This document shows positions 20,086-32,074 of a stretch of 64,000 nt of DNA, one piece after another. Each line of letters opens with the position of its first letter. Position 1 is the first letter of the stretch. Below the pieces are notes generated by a model. It searched no databases. It worked only from the letters and a program-made list of their open reading frames with translations, and was not told the DNA's origin. This stretch comes from an uncultured Gammaproteobacteria bacterium. GTDB taxonomy: Bacteria; Pseudomonadota; Gammaproteobacteria; CAWCPV01. The stretch is taken from the NCBI GenBank assembly GCA_963797555.1, contig CAWCPV010000002.1, positions 205,561-269,560 of the forward strand, given 5' to 3'. The translations under genes were made by a program, and so were the position numbers.

Positions 20086-21265
20086 GTGAAGAAGCTGGAA
20101 TACACCGTGGAGTTCACCACCCCCGCCTTCCTCGGCAACGCCGAGCAGGCGGGACAGTGGCGCACGCCGCCGTTCAAGGCGCTGTTGAGGCAGTGGTGGC
20201 GGGTGGCCTACGCCGCCGACCATGGCTTCCAGGTCGACGTGCCGAAGATGCGCCGGGAGGAGGGACTGCTGTTCGGCCATGCCTGGCTGGATGACGACCG
20301 CGACGAGCAAGGACGGCGGGTTGCCGCTCGCAAGAGCCTGGTGCGGATACGGTTGGACAAATGGGATGAAGGCAAGATGCACGGATGGCAACCCCTGGCG
20401 ACGGTGTCCCATCCGGAAGTCAAGTCTCCCGACGTGTACAGCGATCTCTACCTTGGCTACGGCCCGGTCACACTTCCAAGAGGGGGTAAGCCCCCGCAAC
20501 TCAAGGCCAACGCTGCTATCCGGGCAGACGAATCGGCCACGTTGTCAACTGCTGTTCCAACCACGCATCAAGACGCAGAACTCGACCGGCTGCTCGAGGC
20601 CAATGTCCCTCGCATCGCGCAGGCGCTGTGGCTCATGGACCGCTATGGCACTCTGGGCGGCAGAAGCCGCAATGGGTGGGGCTCCTTCTCGCTCACGCCC
20701 ATGAACAGCACGCCGCCGCTGGCTGGCACGCCAGCGCTGCGGCCGTGGCGCGATGCGCTCGGTTTCGACTGGCCGCATGCCCTCGGTCAAGACGACGAAG
20801 GCGCCTTGATCTGGCAGACCCAGCCAGACGACTGGAAGTCGCTCATGCGCAAGCTGGCCATCGTAAAGATTGGGCTGAGGACACAATTCAAGTTTCCAAA
20901 CGTATCGCTGCCCCACGCCCAGCCGCTGGATCGCCATTGGCTTTCATACCCCATCACAAGCCACAACCAAGGCATGGAAGGGGACATTCCGCCTGCCCAA
21001 CAGCCTGCGCTTCAAGGTGCGCAAGCTCCCGGACGGTAAGTTGGTGGGCGTGATCTTTCACGTGCCCTGCCTGCCGCCACCGGAGTTCCATCCCCACCAA
21101 AACGCAAACGCCATTCGGGAGGTCTGGCAGCGCGTCCACGTCTTGCTGGATGAATGCAGGAAGCCATTGAATCAACGAGAGTACGCAAGCATCGCCGATA
21201 CGGTCCGCCGCAGCCAACTCAAGCCGCAACTCGATCAGATCACGCTGCATAGGATTCCGGAGTAA
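20086..21265 (+). CDS. cmr1: Type III-B RAMP protein Cmr1, frameshifted near 20965
   Basis: VEFTTPAFLG, FKALLRQWWR and G-loop GTLGGRSRNGWGS. Continues in another frame as KAWKGTFRLPNSLRFKVRK to the stop at 21265. Confidence 0.8.
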
Positions 21266-21268
21266 GTT

Positions 21269-24200
21269 ATGAACGACGATTTCACCTGGCAAACCAAGCT
21301 CGCCGCCCGCATCCACGACCCGGCGGAAAAGGCTTTGGTGCTGCTGCGCGACCCGGCGGGGCACGAGGGAGGCACCTCCCGCGCGTTGACCCGGCTGCTG
21401 GGCCTGTCGGATATCACTGGCGACGCCCTCGCCCCGGACAATGCCGATGCGCTTTCCACTGTGGTCTTCAAGAGAGGCATCCCACTTGCGATGTACCGCC
21501 ACGTCCAGCGCGCCGACTGGTGGGCGGCCGCCGCCGACCGGCCCCAATGGCCGATGGAGACCATCACCACGCCAGCCGGAAAGACCCTTAGTGTGGCCCC
21601 CTGGGCGCAAGTGCGATGGACGAGGTCGCCGGTGCTGATCCATCCCCTTACCGGTGACACCTTCGATCTGGCCAAGCACGGCGGGCTTTCCGATACCGAT
21701 CTCGCCGACCTCAAGCAGCGCAGCTTTGGTCATTTCTCGCGACTACTCAGCGCGCTGCGCGACTCTGGCCCCGCCGAGGACCCGAGAAAGACCCTGCTCG
21801 CCTACTGGCGCTTCGGCCCGGAACTGGTCGAGGAAGAGGACAATGGCAAGCTCGGGGCGCTATGGCGCTTGCTCCCCGCCGATACGCGCATCCCCGACCA
21901 TTCCATCTGGGACCACCTGGATTTGACCTCCGCCTTCGCCGGGGCCTTCGCCGCCGACCCGGATGGCGAGGCCTCGCTGCTGGCGCTTGCTATCGGCCCG
22001 GTGCAAGGCTTCATCGCCGCCGCCCGCACCACCTCCGACCTTTGGGCGGGTTCCCACCTCCTCGCCCGTCTCGCCTGGGAGGCGATGAAGCCGGTATGCG
22101 AGGCCCTGGGGCCGGACGCTATTCTCTTCCCTCGCCTGCGCGGCATCCCCCAGGTAGACATCTGGCTGCGCGAAGAGATGAACCTGCCCGCCGAACTGTT
22201 CGGGGATTGCGACTGGATGCGGGGCGGCACGGATGCCAACCCGCTGTTCTCCGCCGCACTGCCCAACCGCTTCGTGGCCATAGTGCCGGCGAGGCGGGCC
22301 AAGGAACTGGCCGAGGAGGTCACCCGCCGGGTGCGTGCCTGGTTGCAGGAGAAAGGCCAAACCGCCGTGGACCGCCTGCTTGACGTGACCGGGCTGAAGA
22401 CCGAAGGCGAACAGCACTGCCACCGCCAAGTGCGGGAACAGTTGGAAGGCTTCCCGGAAGTCCACTGGTCGGCGGTGCCGTTCTCGCTGATTCGCCCGCG
22501 CAACGCGGCTAAACAGACCGATCTGGATGTCGCGGCCTTGTCCGACGCAATGGCGCCGTTCTTCGGCGTGGGGGCGGGCCAGGATTGCGGTTTTCTGCAC
22601 ACGCCTGCCTGGCAGGCTCTGCAACAAGAGGCCACGTTGCGCGATGACGAAGGTAAGGAATCGGTGTTCTTCGCGCCCAATCCCGGCGTTCTCTACCCGG
22701 CGGTGTATGACCTGGCCGAGCGGGTGCTGGCGGCGGCCAAGTCCGTGCGCGCCTTCGAACAGACCGAGCAACGGGGCTGGCGCTGTTCGCTCACCGGAGA
22801 GACCGAGTGGCTGACGGACAACTCCGATCACCTAGCCGTACCCGCGGGCAAGCGCAAGAGCCGCAAGGATGAAAGGTTCCGTGAAGCCGAGCACGTGGAA
22901 ACCCTGTGGACCCGCGTGGCCGACAAAAACCCCGCCTGGGCGAAAAAGGGCGAGCACCTGGGTGCGCTGCCCGCCCTCAAGCGGTTGTGGCCCACCCTGT
23001 TCGCCGAGGAGGTCGGCAGGGCCTTGGGCGGCAAGGACATTGGCCGCTTCGTGGTGTCCACCCATACCATGGCGCTCGCCCACCAGCTCGACCAATGGCT
23101 GGAACGCGGCGGCTTGACTGCGGAAGGGCTCGCCATCGCTCTCAAGAAATACCGCAGTGAGTCGGCGGCGCTGCCCCGCCGATTGATGCGCAAACATGCC
23201 GCCAACAGGAAGGGGATTGACGATGCGAAGCTCATTCCCGGCCTGCTCGACGTGGCGAGCGAGGAGGAGATCAGTGACAGTGAGAGCGCCGAGATCAGAA
23301 GGCTAGTGTCCCAGACGCTGGCAACTGGCCGGGACAAGAAGGAGAAGGTCCGTCTTGAAACCTACTACGCGTTATTGATGATGGACGGCGACCACATGGG
23401 TCGCATTCTGTCCGGCGACGAGAAAACCGCCATCCCCTACCGCGGGAGCTTTCATCCCCATGTGAGGAATGGCTTTGAAGAATGTGCCGCCCGGCAGGAG
23501 ATCATCCGCCGTTACGGCGAACAGAGACGCCCGATTTCTCCCAACCGTCACCTGGCGATCTCCGGAGCGCTGAACGATTTTTCGCAGACCGTGGTGCGCC
23601 ATGTGGTGGAAGAGGAGCACCTGGGCCGGGTGATCTATGCCGGTGGGGACGACGTGCTGGCCATGCTGCCGGTGGTCGACCTGCTCCCGGCCATGCAGCG
23701 GCTGCGCCTTGCGTGGTCCGGCCATGACCCGGCGCACGAGGGCGGCACGCATGCCGGGCTCACTTTGCAGGGCGGCTTCGCCGCTTTGAAGACCCGGCGA
23801 GACGGCAAGGAATGCTTGCAGCTCATGCGCATGATGGGCGGCAATGCCTCGGCGTCCTGCGGTGCGGTCATTGCCCACCATCAGGCCCCCTTGGGCGGCG
23901 TTCTGCGCGAGCTGCGGGCGGCGGAACAGCGGGCCAAGCAGGAAGGCGGACGCGATGCCTTCTCCCTCACCGTCATCAAGCGCTCGGGCGGTGCGCTGCG
24001 CCTCACGGCGCAATGGGGCGAGCCGGTGGACGTGCTCGCCGATCTCAGGGTCTACCTCGCTGATGAAGGGGTCTCGCGCCGGGCGGTGTACCACAGCCTG
24101 GAGTGGCTCGCCGATCTGCCCGAGCCCGAAGGGGACGGCGCGATGATCGAGGCGTTGCTGACCTATCAGCTCGAGCGGCAGGCGGAGAAGACGGCCCGCG

Positions 24201-24343
24201 ACCGCCACGATATACCGGGGCTGGCGAAGCGCCTGACCGTGCTCGCCCTGGCCCAGGCAGGAGACCGGCTCGCGTGGCTCGGCAATTTCCTGACCGTGGC
24301 CGAATTCCTCGCCCGCGAGACCCGCGCCGGAGAACCCGCATGA
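21269..24343 (+). CDS. cas10: Cas10/Cmr2, type III-B large subunit
   Basis: 1024 aa; PADTRIPDHSIWDHL, IGPVQGFIAAAR..DLWAGSHLL, LMMDGDHMG and intact palm motif YAGGDD. The N-terminal IHDP is only a partial HD signature. Confidence 0.95.
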   Translation: MNDDFTWQTKLAARIHDPAEKALVLLRDPAGHEGGTSRALTRLLGLSDITGDALAPDNADALSTVVFKRGIPLAMYRHVQRADWWAAAADRPQWPMETITTPAGKTLSVAPWAQVRWTRSPVLIHPLTGDTFDLAKHGGLSDTDLADLKQRSFGHFSRLLSALRDSGPAEDPRKTLLAYWRFGPELVEEEDNGKLGALWRLLPADTRIPDHSIWDHLDLTSAFAGAFAADPDGEASLLALAIGPVQGFIAAARTTSDLWAGSHLLARLAWEAMKPVCEALGPDAILFPRLRGIPQVDIWLREEMNLPAELFGDCDWMRGGTDANPLFSAALPNRFVAIVPARRAKELAEEVTRRVRAWLQEKGQTAVDRLLDVTGLKTEGEQHCHRQVREQLEGFPEVHWSAVPFSLIRPRNAAKQTDLDVAALSDAMAPFFGVGAGQDCGFLHTPAWQALQQEATLRDDEGKESVFFAPNPGVLYPAVYDLAERVLAAAKSVRAFEQTEQRGWRCSLTGETEWLTDNSDHLAVPAGKRKSRKDERFREAEHVETLWTRVADKNPAWAKKGEHLGALPALKRLWPTLFAEEVGRALGGKDIGRFVVSTHTMALAHQLDQWLERGGLTAEGLAIALKKYRSESAALPRRLMRKHAANRKGIDDAKLIPGLLDVASEEEISDSESAEIRRLVSQTLATGRDKKEKVRLETYYALLMMDGDHMGRILSGDEKTAIPYRGSFHPHVRNGFEECAARQEIIRRYGEQRRPISPNRHLAISGALNDFSQTVVRHVVEEEHLGRVIYAGGDDVLAMLPVVDLLPAMQRLRLAWSGHDPAHEGGTHAGLTLQGGFAALKTRRDGKECLQLMRMMGGNASASCGAVIAHHQAPLGGVLRELRAAEQRAKQEGGRDAFSLTVIKRSGGALRLTAQWGEPVDVLADLRVYLADEGVSRRAVYHSLEWLADLPEPEGDGAMIEALLTYQLERQAEKTARDRHDIPGLAKRLTVLALAQAGDRLAWLGNFLTVAEFLARETRAGEPA

Positions 24344-25533
24344 GCGCCGTCGAGTTCCGATTCCTGGAACCCCTGGACGTGCTGTTTCTGCGCGGCAACA
24401 AGCTGTTCGGCGACCCCGGCAGCTTCGGCGAATCGCTGGTGCCGCCGTGGCCCTCGGTGGCGGCGGGGGCGCTGCGCTCCCGGATGCTCGCCGACCAAGG
24501 CGTGGACCTCGCCGCCTTCGCGGCTGGCGAGGTGGAGCACGAGACCCTTGGCACGCCCGACAAGCCCGGTTCCTTCGCCATCACCGGCTTCACGCTTGCG
24601 CGCCGACTCCCGGACCGCACGGTCGAGCCGCTCATCGCGCCGCCTGCCGACCTGGTCGTAGTACGGAAGGATACCTGCGAACCCGAAGCCCGCTCCCTCA
24701 CCCCAACCCCTTTCCCGGGGAGCGAGGGACTGCCGGGGCGAGCCGTTATCCGGTCTTCCGCGCCCCTGCCATTGCTGCCTGTGCTCGCCGAAACCGAGCG
24801 CAGTAAGCCCGCCTCCGGTTACTGGCTCACCGGCGCCGGCTGGCGCAAGTACCTGGCGGGCGAAACCCTGGAACCCGGTGACCTCATTCACACCAACAAG
24901 CTCTGGGCGATCGACCCCCGTGTGGGCGTGGGCCTGGACGCCGCGACCCGCCGCGCCGCCGACGGCCGCTTGTTCTCGGTGCAGGCGGTTGCGATGAAGA
25001 AACGCGAGCACGATCCCAAGGCCGGTTTTGATGTCGGCTTTCTGGTCGGCGTCAGCGGGGCCGTGCCACCGGCCGGCGGCACAGTGCGGCTGGGAGGTGA
25101 CGGCCGGGCCGCCGCCGTGCATGCGGTGGTTCCGGATCTGCCGCAACCGAGCTACGAGACTATCGCCGGCGCCCGAGGCTGCCGGCTGGTCCTGACCACC
25201 CCGGGACTCTTCCGCGATGGCTGGCTGCCCACCGGCTGCGCCCGGTCGTCCGACGGCACGGTGCGTTTCGATCTGCACGGGGTGCGCGGGCGGCTCGTGT
25301 GCGCTGCCGTGCCGCGCCCCGAGGTGGTCTCGGGCTGGGACCTCGCCCGCTGGCTGCCCAAGCCCGCCCGGCGCGCCGCGACCACCGGCAGCGTCTATTG
25401 GCTGGACGAGATCGATGCGACCCCGGAGGCGCTGCGCAAGCTTGCCGACACAGGACTATGGGACGAAGCGTGGCACGATCCGCAGCGCAGGGCCGAAGGC
25501 TTCAACCGGACCGCAGTGGCGAGCTGGTCATGA
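24340..25533 (+). CDS. cmr3: Type III-B protein Cmr3
   Basis: ATG overlaps the cas10 stop; LEPLDVLFLRG, PPWPSVAAGALRS, VRLGGDGR, LTTPGLF, SGWDLA..PKP..GSVYW. Confidence 0.9.
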   Translation: MSAVEFRFLEPLDVLFLRGNKLFGDPGSFGESLVPPWPSVAAGALRSRMLADQGVDLAAFAAGEVEHETLGTPDKPGSFAITGFTLARRLPDRTVEPLIAPPADLVVVRKDTCEPEARSLTPTPFPGSEGLPGRAVIRSSAPLPLLPVLAETERSKPASGYWLTGAGWRKYLAGETLEPGDLIHTNKLWAIDPRVGVGLDAATRRAADGRLFSVQAVAMKKREHDPKAGFDVGFLVGVSGAVPPAGGTVRLGGDGRAAAVHAVVPDLPQPSYETIAGARGCRLVLTTPGLFRDGWLPTGCARSSDGTVRFDLHGVRGRLVCAAVPRPEVVSGWDLARWLPKPARRAATTGSVYWLDEIDATPEALRKLADTGLWDEAWHDPQRRAEGFNRTAVASWS

Positions 25534-25541
25534 AGGCAGCG

Positions 25542-27381
<1,840 letters not shown>

Positions 27382-27637
27382 CGCGCCAACGCCACGGACG
27401 TCCCTTCTTCGCCGCGTGATACGGCGCGGGGTGCGAGCCGCGCGAGGGGGGAGCAAGGGAGCTGCGATCGGGTAAGGCGCGGGTATCTTTTCCTCACCGA
27501 CGATGCGCTGGAGATCCCCAAGCGGGATCCGCTAGCTCGCGGATGCGGTGGGCTGATCACCGGGGATCGCCAGTGACGCGCCACCACAAGGTCTTGGACG
27601 GCATCCTGCGTAGCTTGCGCCCTGCCGCCACTGCCTT

Positions 27638-29011
27638 ACTGTAATCCCTTCTTCATCAGGTCTCCGTTCGAACGATGTGTTCACGCACGATGGGCGGGCG
27701 GTATCGTCTTAATCCCTTCTTCATCAGGTCTCCGTTCGAACCCGGTTTTGTCATGGCAAGTCGATGCGGCCAACGTGTCTTAATCCCTTCTTCATCAGGT
27801 CTCCGTTCGAACCAGTGAAGGCGAAGGGTGCACAGAGTGTGCACCTGTCTTAATCCCTTCTTCATCAGGTCTCCGTTCGAACACGAAGGTAGCGATCCGA
27901 CGTTGGAGCAATATGCGTCTTAATCCCTTCTTCATCAGGTCTCCGTTCGAACGGGTTTATCCCCGGCTCGCTGTTGACCGGCCCACGCGTCTTAATCCCT
28001 TCTTCATCAGGTCTCCGTTCGAACAGCGAGTCTGGCATCGGCATCCACCGATTGTACTCGTCTTAATCCCTTCTTCATCAGGTCTCCGTTCGAACACAGA
28101 ACTGAGTGGAGATGAAGCGCATCCTGCCGTCTTAATCCCTTCTTCATCAGGTCTCCGTTCGAACAATCGACGATGCACGACGTACAGATCTGGTAGCGTG
28201 TGTCTTAATCCCTTCTTCATCAGGTCTCCGTTCGAACTTCAACGATCAGCGTCCGATCTGTGATACACGTCTGCTGTCTTAATCCCTTCTTCATCAGGTC
28301 TCCGTTCGAACCTACTGCATGAGCGGTACGTCAGGTGGCGTGGCAGTGTCTTAATCCCTTCTTCATCAGGTCTCCGTTCGAACTTGCACAGCGCTAACGG
28401 CGAGTCACGACTCTACATGAGGTCTTAATCCCTTCTTCATCAGGTCTCCGTTCGAACCTGTAATCCGCGTGGGATTGACCATCAGTCTCGTCTTAATCCC
28501 TTCTTCATCAGGTCTCCGTTCGAACGCTCATGACGCTGCGGCATGAGACTGCACGCCTATGTCTTAATCCCTTCTTCATCAGGTCTCCGTTCGAACGTAA
28601 TTGTCAATTGCAACGGAGGATAACCGAAGGTCTTAATCCCTTCTTCATCAGGTCTCCGTTCGAACTCCTATGGCGTGCGGCACAGAGGCAAATGGCCGAG
28701 TCTTAATCCCTTCTTCATCAGGTCTCCGTTCGAACAAATACATGGAATGGGTCAATGACGAAGTACTGGTCTTAATCCCTTCTTCATCAGGTCTCCGTTC
28801 GAACTACAATAGGCGACATTGCAAGGAAGGTAAGGGTCTTAATCCCTTCTTCATCAGGTCTCCGTTCGAACATAGCGTATGTGGTACAATCCTGTCCGCA
28901 TCCTAGTCTTAATCCCTTCTTCATCAGGTCTCCGTTCGAACCGCGTTCTGCGAGTGTCTATACGATACCGTTCCAGTCTTAATCCCTTCTTCATCAGGTC
29001 TCCGTTCGAAC
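27638..29011 (-). CRISPR. CRISPR array, 20 repeats and 19 spacers
   Basis: 36-bp repeat GTCTTAATCCCTTCTTCATCAGGTCTCCGTTCGAAC on +, spacers 31-38 nt. The leftmost repeat is degenerate (trailer), so transcription is inferred on -, giving GTTCGAACGGAGACCTGATGAAGAAGGGATTAAGAC with an ATTAAGAC 5' tag and the leader to the right near cas2. Confidence 0.98.
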
Positions 29012-29084
29012 TGCTCGGCCCAAAAACGCCCGCTGGAGCGAGGGCTTATCAGCACCCTTGACACAAAACCGCCGACTCGCAAAG

Positions 29085-29441
29085 TCAACCTCGTCCATCG
29101 GGCTTCGCCTCCTTCCGCTCGACAACCTTAACCCTCTCACCCGCCCGGATCAAGGCGTCGCGAGAGGGTCCGCCCAGCAGGTAAACGTCCTCGGGCAGGG
29201 TGGCCTCGCCGAGCTGCGTCCATTCCGGGTCTTCGGGCAAGGGGTAGATGCGGACATCGTCCTCCCGTTGGTCGATCAGGTCTCGCAGGTCGTCCACCAG
29301 GCGCTCGACGCCGGCGCGCGTCAGATGGGCCACGAATACCGAGTACTGAACGTGCACGGCGCGCCGCCTGAGGTGGGCATGCACCCAGCGCAAGCGCCGG
29401 TCGTCCCGGATGTCGTAAGCGACGATGTAGGCGCGCCTCAA
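29085..29441 (-). CDS. cas2: Cas2 (copy A)
   Basis: YIVAYDIRDDRRL..VQYSVF..DDVRIYPL. Confidence 0.92.
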   Translation of the reverse strand: MRRAYIVAYDIRDDRRLRWVHAHLRRRAVHVQYSVFVAHLTRAGVERLVDDLRDLIDQREDDVRIYPLPEDPEWTQLGEATLPEDVYLLGGPSRDALIRAGERVKVVERKEAKPDGRG

Positions 29442-30193
29442 GGGTCGAGCCTCCAGAGCCCCTGCAGCAGGCGGCGCAGGGTACGGTCCAGAGGCTCCTC
29501 CAGCCTGCGCTGGTAGTGGCCCGCCAGGGACTCCAGGTCATCGCCGCCCGGAGGGGAACGCAGCACGCGGCCGCGGAGCGGCCACGACATCAGCCGAGTC
29601 AGCTCGCGGGCAAGGTTGATCCCGTTGCGCTGACCGAGCGCAAGCTGCGGTACGATACCGGCGCGCTCCAGCACCTCCAGGATCTGGGCGGCAAGCAGTG
29701 AGCGCAAACGCCCCAGGCATTTCCGGCTGGCCTCGCGCCCCACCCGGATGGCGACCGCGCGGTCGAGCCGGGGACCGACTTCCCCCGGCCTGAGGTCGCT
29801 CAAGGGCCAGCGCAGCGCCAGGTGGAGGTTCAGGATCATCCGCCGTTCCTGGGCGCGGAACCAGTCGTTCCAGCGCTCGCGCCAGTTCGGGCCGGACAGG
29901 AAGGCGTCGAGGTGCGCCTGAAGCCCGGCCACGTCGTCCGCCCGGCCGACGCACACCCCGCAGACGGCCCCTTCGGGGTCCAGGAAGATCACCGGGACTC
30001 GGGCGTCCAGGCAGGCGAGCAGGGCGTCGCCGTCCCAGGACACCGAGCGCCGGCTGATGATCCGGGCGAGCCATCCCAGCGGATACCAGCGGGCGGCCCG
30101 CTCCGGCCGGGCGACTCGGAGCGCCGGTCCGTCCCGCGACACCCTCAGCTCGCCATCGGGATCAAGATAGAGGACTTTCCGAATCGGAGTCAT
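29438..30193 (-). CDS. Divergent Cas1-like protein, probably inactive
   Basis: The N-terminus resembles the Cas1 beta domain (VLYLD..LRVSRDGPALRV..YPLGWLARII..ALLACLDARVPVIFLD..G). The helical part is shortened and lacks a recognisable catalytic His motif. Confidence 0.65.
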   Translation of the reverse strand: MTPIRKVLYLDPDGELRVSRDGPALRVARPERAARWYPLGWLARIISRRSVSWDGDALLACLDARVPVIFLDPEGAVCGVCVGRADDVAGLQAHLDAFLSGPNWRERWNDWFRAQERRMILNLHLALRWPLSDLRPGEVGPRLDRAVAIRVGREASRKCLGRLRSLLAAQILEVLERAGIVPQLALGQRNGINLARELTRLMSWPLRGRVLRSPPGGDDLESLAGHYQRRLEEPLDRTLRRLLQGLWRLDP

Positions 30194-31144
30194 CCAGCAC
30201 CTCCACTGGAGCGGCGGCCCGCAGCGCCTTGGCGAGCCGCAGCGACGCGCGGCGCAACGCCCGCCGCCAGGGCCCGGAGAACCGCTCGTAGGCGGGGTAG
30301 AAGCGTCCGCGCCCCTCCTTGTTCAACAGGCACGCGCCCTTGTCGTCGACGAAGTGGTGCTCGCGCAGTGCCCGGTCGCGAAACAGCGTCCACACCCAGC
30401 GATCGGCGTGCGGGCGCAGAGGTTCGAGCAAGTCGGAGGCCATCGACTCGCGCCCGAAGGCCGGGCGGTGGAAAAAGCCGATGTACGGGTCCATGCCGGC
30501 CCCATAGGCCGCCCTACCGCCTCGAAGTGCAGCAGCGTGTAGGTGAGGGACAGGCACGCGTTGACCGGATCGCGGGGCGGACGGCGGTTGCGCCCCCTGA
30601 ACGCGAGGCTGGGTGGAAACACCGACGCCAAGGCCTCGAAGTAGGCAGCGGCCCCAGCCCCTTCCAGGCCGCGCAAGGTGTCCGGGTCGCGTGTCTCCCG
30701 CACCGCTTGCCCCAGGCGCTCCAGCCGCTCGGCGCCGTTCAGCAGCGCGCGCCGCTGGTCGGGTCGGCGCTCCAGCGCGGCGAGCAGCACCCGGCGCTGG
30801 CCGCCCAGCTTGTGCGCAACCAGACGAGCGCTCCAGGCCCCGCACCAGTCCCGGTCGGTGACCCGCTGGAACTGCGCCAGGCGAACCCGCAGATCGTTGT
30901 GGGGCCGGCCCAGCACGATCGCCACGCGCCGGCCTTGGCGCGGACTGAGGACGAGCACGGCGGTGCCGTTCTCGGCGAGCGCCCCCAGCACGCCCGTGTC
31001 CAGGGTCGTCCGGGCATGGATGACGACGCGATCGAGCAGGGCGAGGGGCACGTCCCGCACCGCGACGCCGTCGAGCCTGAGGCGCAGGCGCCCACCCGCC
31101 AGCCCCAGGGTCAGGTCCTTGCGGTCGATGTAGAGCGTGCTCAC
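30162..31144 (-). CDS. cas1: Cas1, frameshifted near 30515
   Basis: TLYIDRK, LRGLEGAGAAAYF, FRGRNRRPPRDPVNACLSLTYTLL, then in another frame GMDPYIGFFH..SMASDLLEPLRP. Confidence 0.9.
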
Positions 31145-31155
31145 GAGAGCGTCCC

Positions 31156-31440
31156 TCAGCCCTCGTAGAAGAACGGCGGATCGACGGGCGCGACCGCTAC
31201 TCCCAGCGTACGGACCGGCATCCTGGGATCGAGGCGCACCACGAAGAAGCGGTCCACGCGCTCGTCCATGATCTGAGCCACGCAGACGAGCAGCTCGGCG
31301 CGTTCCGCCGGGGTCAGAAAGCACTCGTACACCGACTTCTGTCCGCCCGCGGCGTGGGCGCGCACCACCTCCATCACCGCCGTCAGGCGTTGCGGCGAGC
31401 GGATGTCGTAGGCAGCCAGATACAGATTGCGCTCGGTCAC
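31156..31440 (-). CDS. cas2: Cas2 (copy B)
   Basis: GTG start after a CAGGA RBS-like site; LYLAAYDIRSPQRL..GGQKSVYEC. Confidence 0.88.
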   Translation of the reverse strand: MTERNLYLAAYDIRSPQRLTAVMEVVRAHAAGGQKSVYECFLTPAERAELLVCVAQIMDERVDRFFVVRLDPRMPVRTLGVAVAPVDPPFFYEG

Positions 31441-31519
31441 TCCTGGTCTCCGTGCATTGGCGGATCGGTTCAGTGCCACGGAAGAAATGTAGCCGCAGGG
31501 TCGCGAGAACGTGCGTCCG

Positions 31520-31529
31520 GCAAGCTTGC
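31520..31529 (-). promoter_or_regulatory. Palindrome GCAAGCTTGC upstream of the cas2-cas1 module
   Basis: gccc-GCAAGCTTGC on the minus strand, 80 bp before cas2B; a TACATT -10-like hexamer lies about 29 bp downstream. Confidence 0.55.
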
Positions 31530-31581
31530 GGGCAGACCGACGGCCAGACGAATGGGCCAAGCGCCGCGCTGAAGCGCGCGG

Positions 31582-31981
31582 CTAGCGAGCATCGGGCCTG
31601 GCGGCGACCCAAGCCTGCAACCGCATGCGCAGCCGAGTCAGCTCGTCGCCCGACACCAGCCGGATATCGGAGAGCGCCGCCCGCTCGCAGTGCCGCGGGC
31701 CCGCCGTAAACCAGCTCACCAGCATGGGTCGCGCAACCAGGCCGCCGACCTTGCGGATGCTGTCCAGCTTGTAGAGCATTTGGGTCAGCTCGTCGGCATC
31801 CTCTTCGTCCCCGCGCGGGCGAGCGGTCTTGCACTCGACGATGCACAGGTGGTTGCGCGCCAGGAACGCGACATCCAGCTCATTCTGTACGGGCGGAGAT
31901 CCCGAGTCCGCGCGCACCTGGAGGTTCGCTGCCACTTCGTCGATACCCCACGCCGCTGCGTTCAGGGAGAGGGTGGCGGCC
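31582..31981 (-). pseudogene. Duplicated 3' fragment of the Card1/DUF1887 gene
   Basis: NELDVAFLARNHLCIVECKT... nearly identical to the C-terminus of 38529-39698; the 5' two-thirds is missing. Confidence 0.88.
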
Positions 31982-32074
31982 TGGATGGATGAGGCGCGAA
32001 AAACATCCGCGTCAGCGGAGCCCGCAACGTCGAGACGCTTTCAAGCCCGGAACGGGGTGATTGGCCATCGGAGT

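Larger units (their letters stand above)
31458..31981. repeat. ~520-bp direct repeat, copy 1 (3' part of the Card1-like gene plus downstream intergenic DNA)
   Basis: Matches 38406-38928 with about 17 differences by eye. Confidence 0.93.

Noticed and set aside
25436-25445. GCAAGCTTGC inside cmr3
   Set aside because: Lies in coding sequence (RKLA) and lacks the GSCC flank in either orientation; treated as probably chance.
27674-28975. Self-targeting spacers within the window
   Set aside because: None noticed by eye; an alignment is needed to exclude them.
27656-29061. Small ORFs with repeated peptides (LNPFFIRSPFE, VLIPSSSGLRSN)
   Set aside because: Translations of CRISPR repeats.
29438-30193. 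Possible reverse transcriptase or Cas4 in the adaptation module
   Set aside because: No YADD-type motif and no Cas4 four-Cys/RecB-nuclease pattern.
30323-31846. 507-aa ORF read as an N-terminally extended Cas1
   Set aside because: The extension overlaps cas2B and the Card1 fragment in another frame; the real start is most likely the GTG at 31144.
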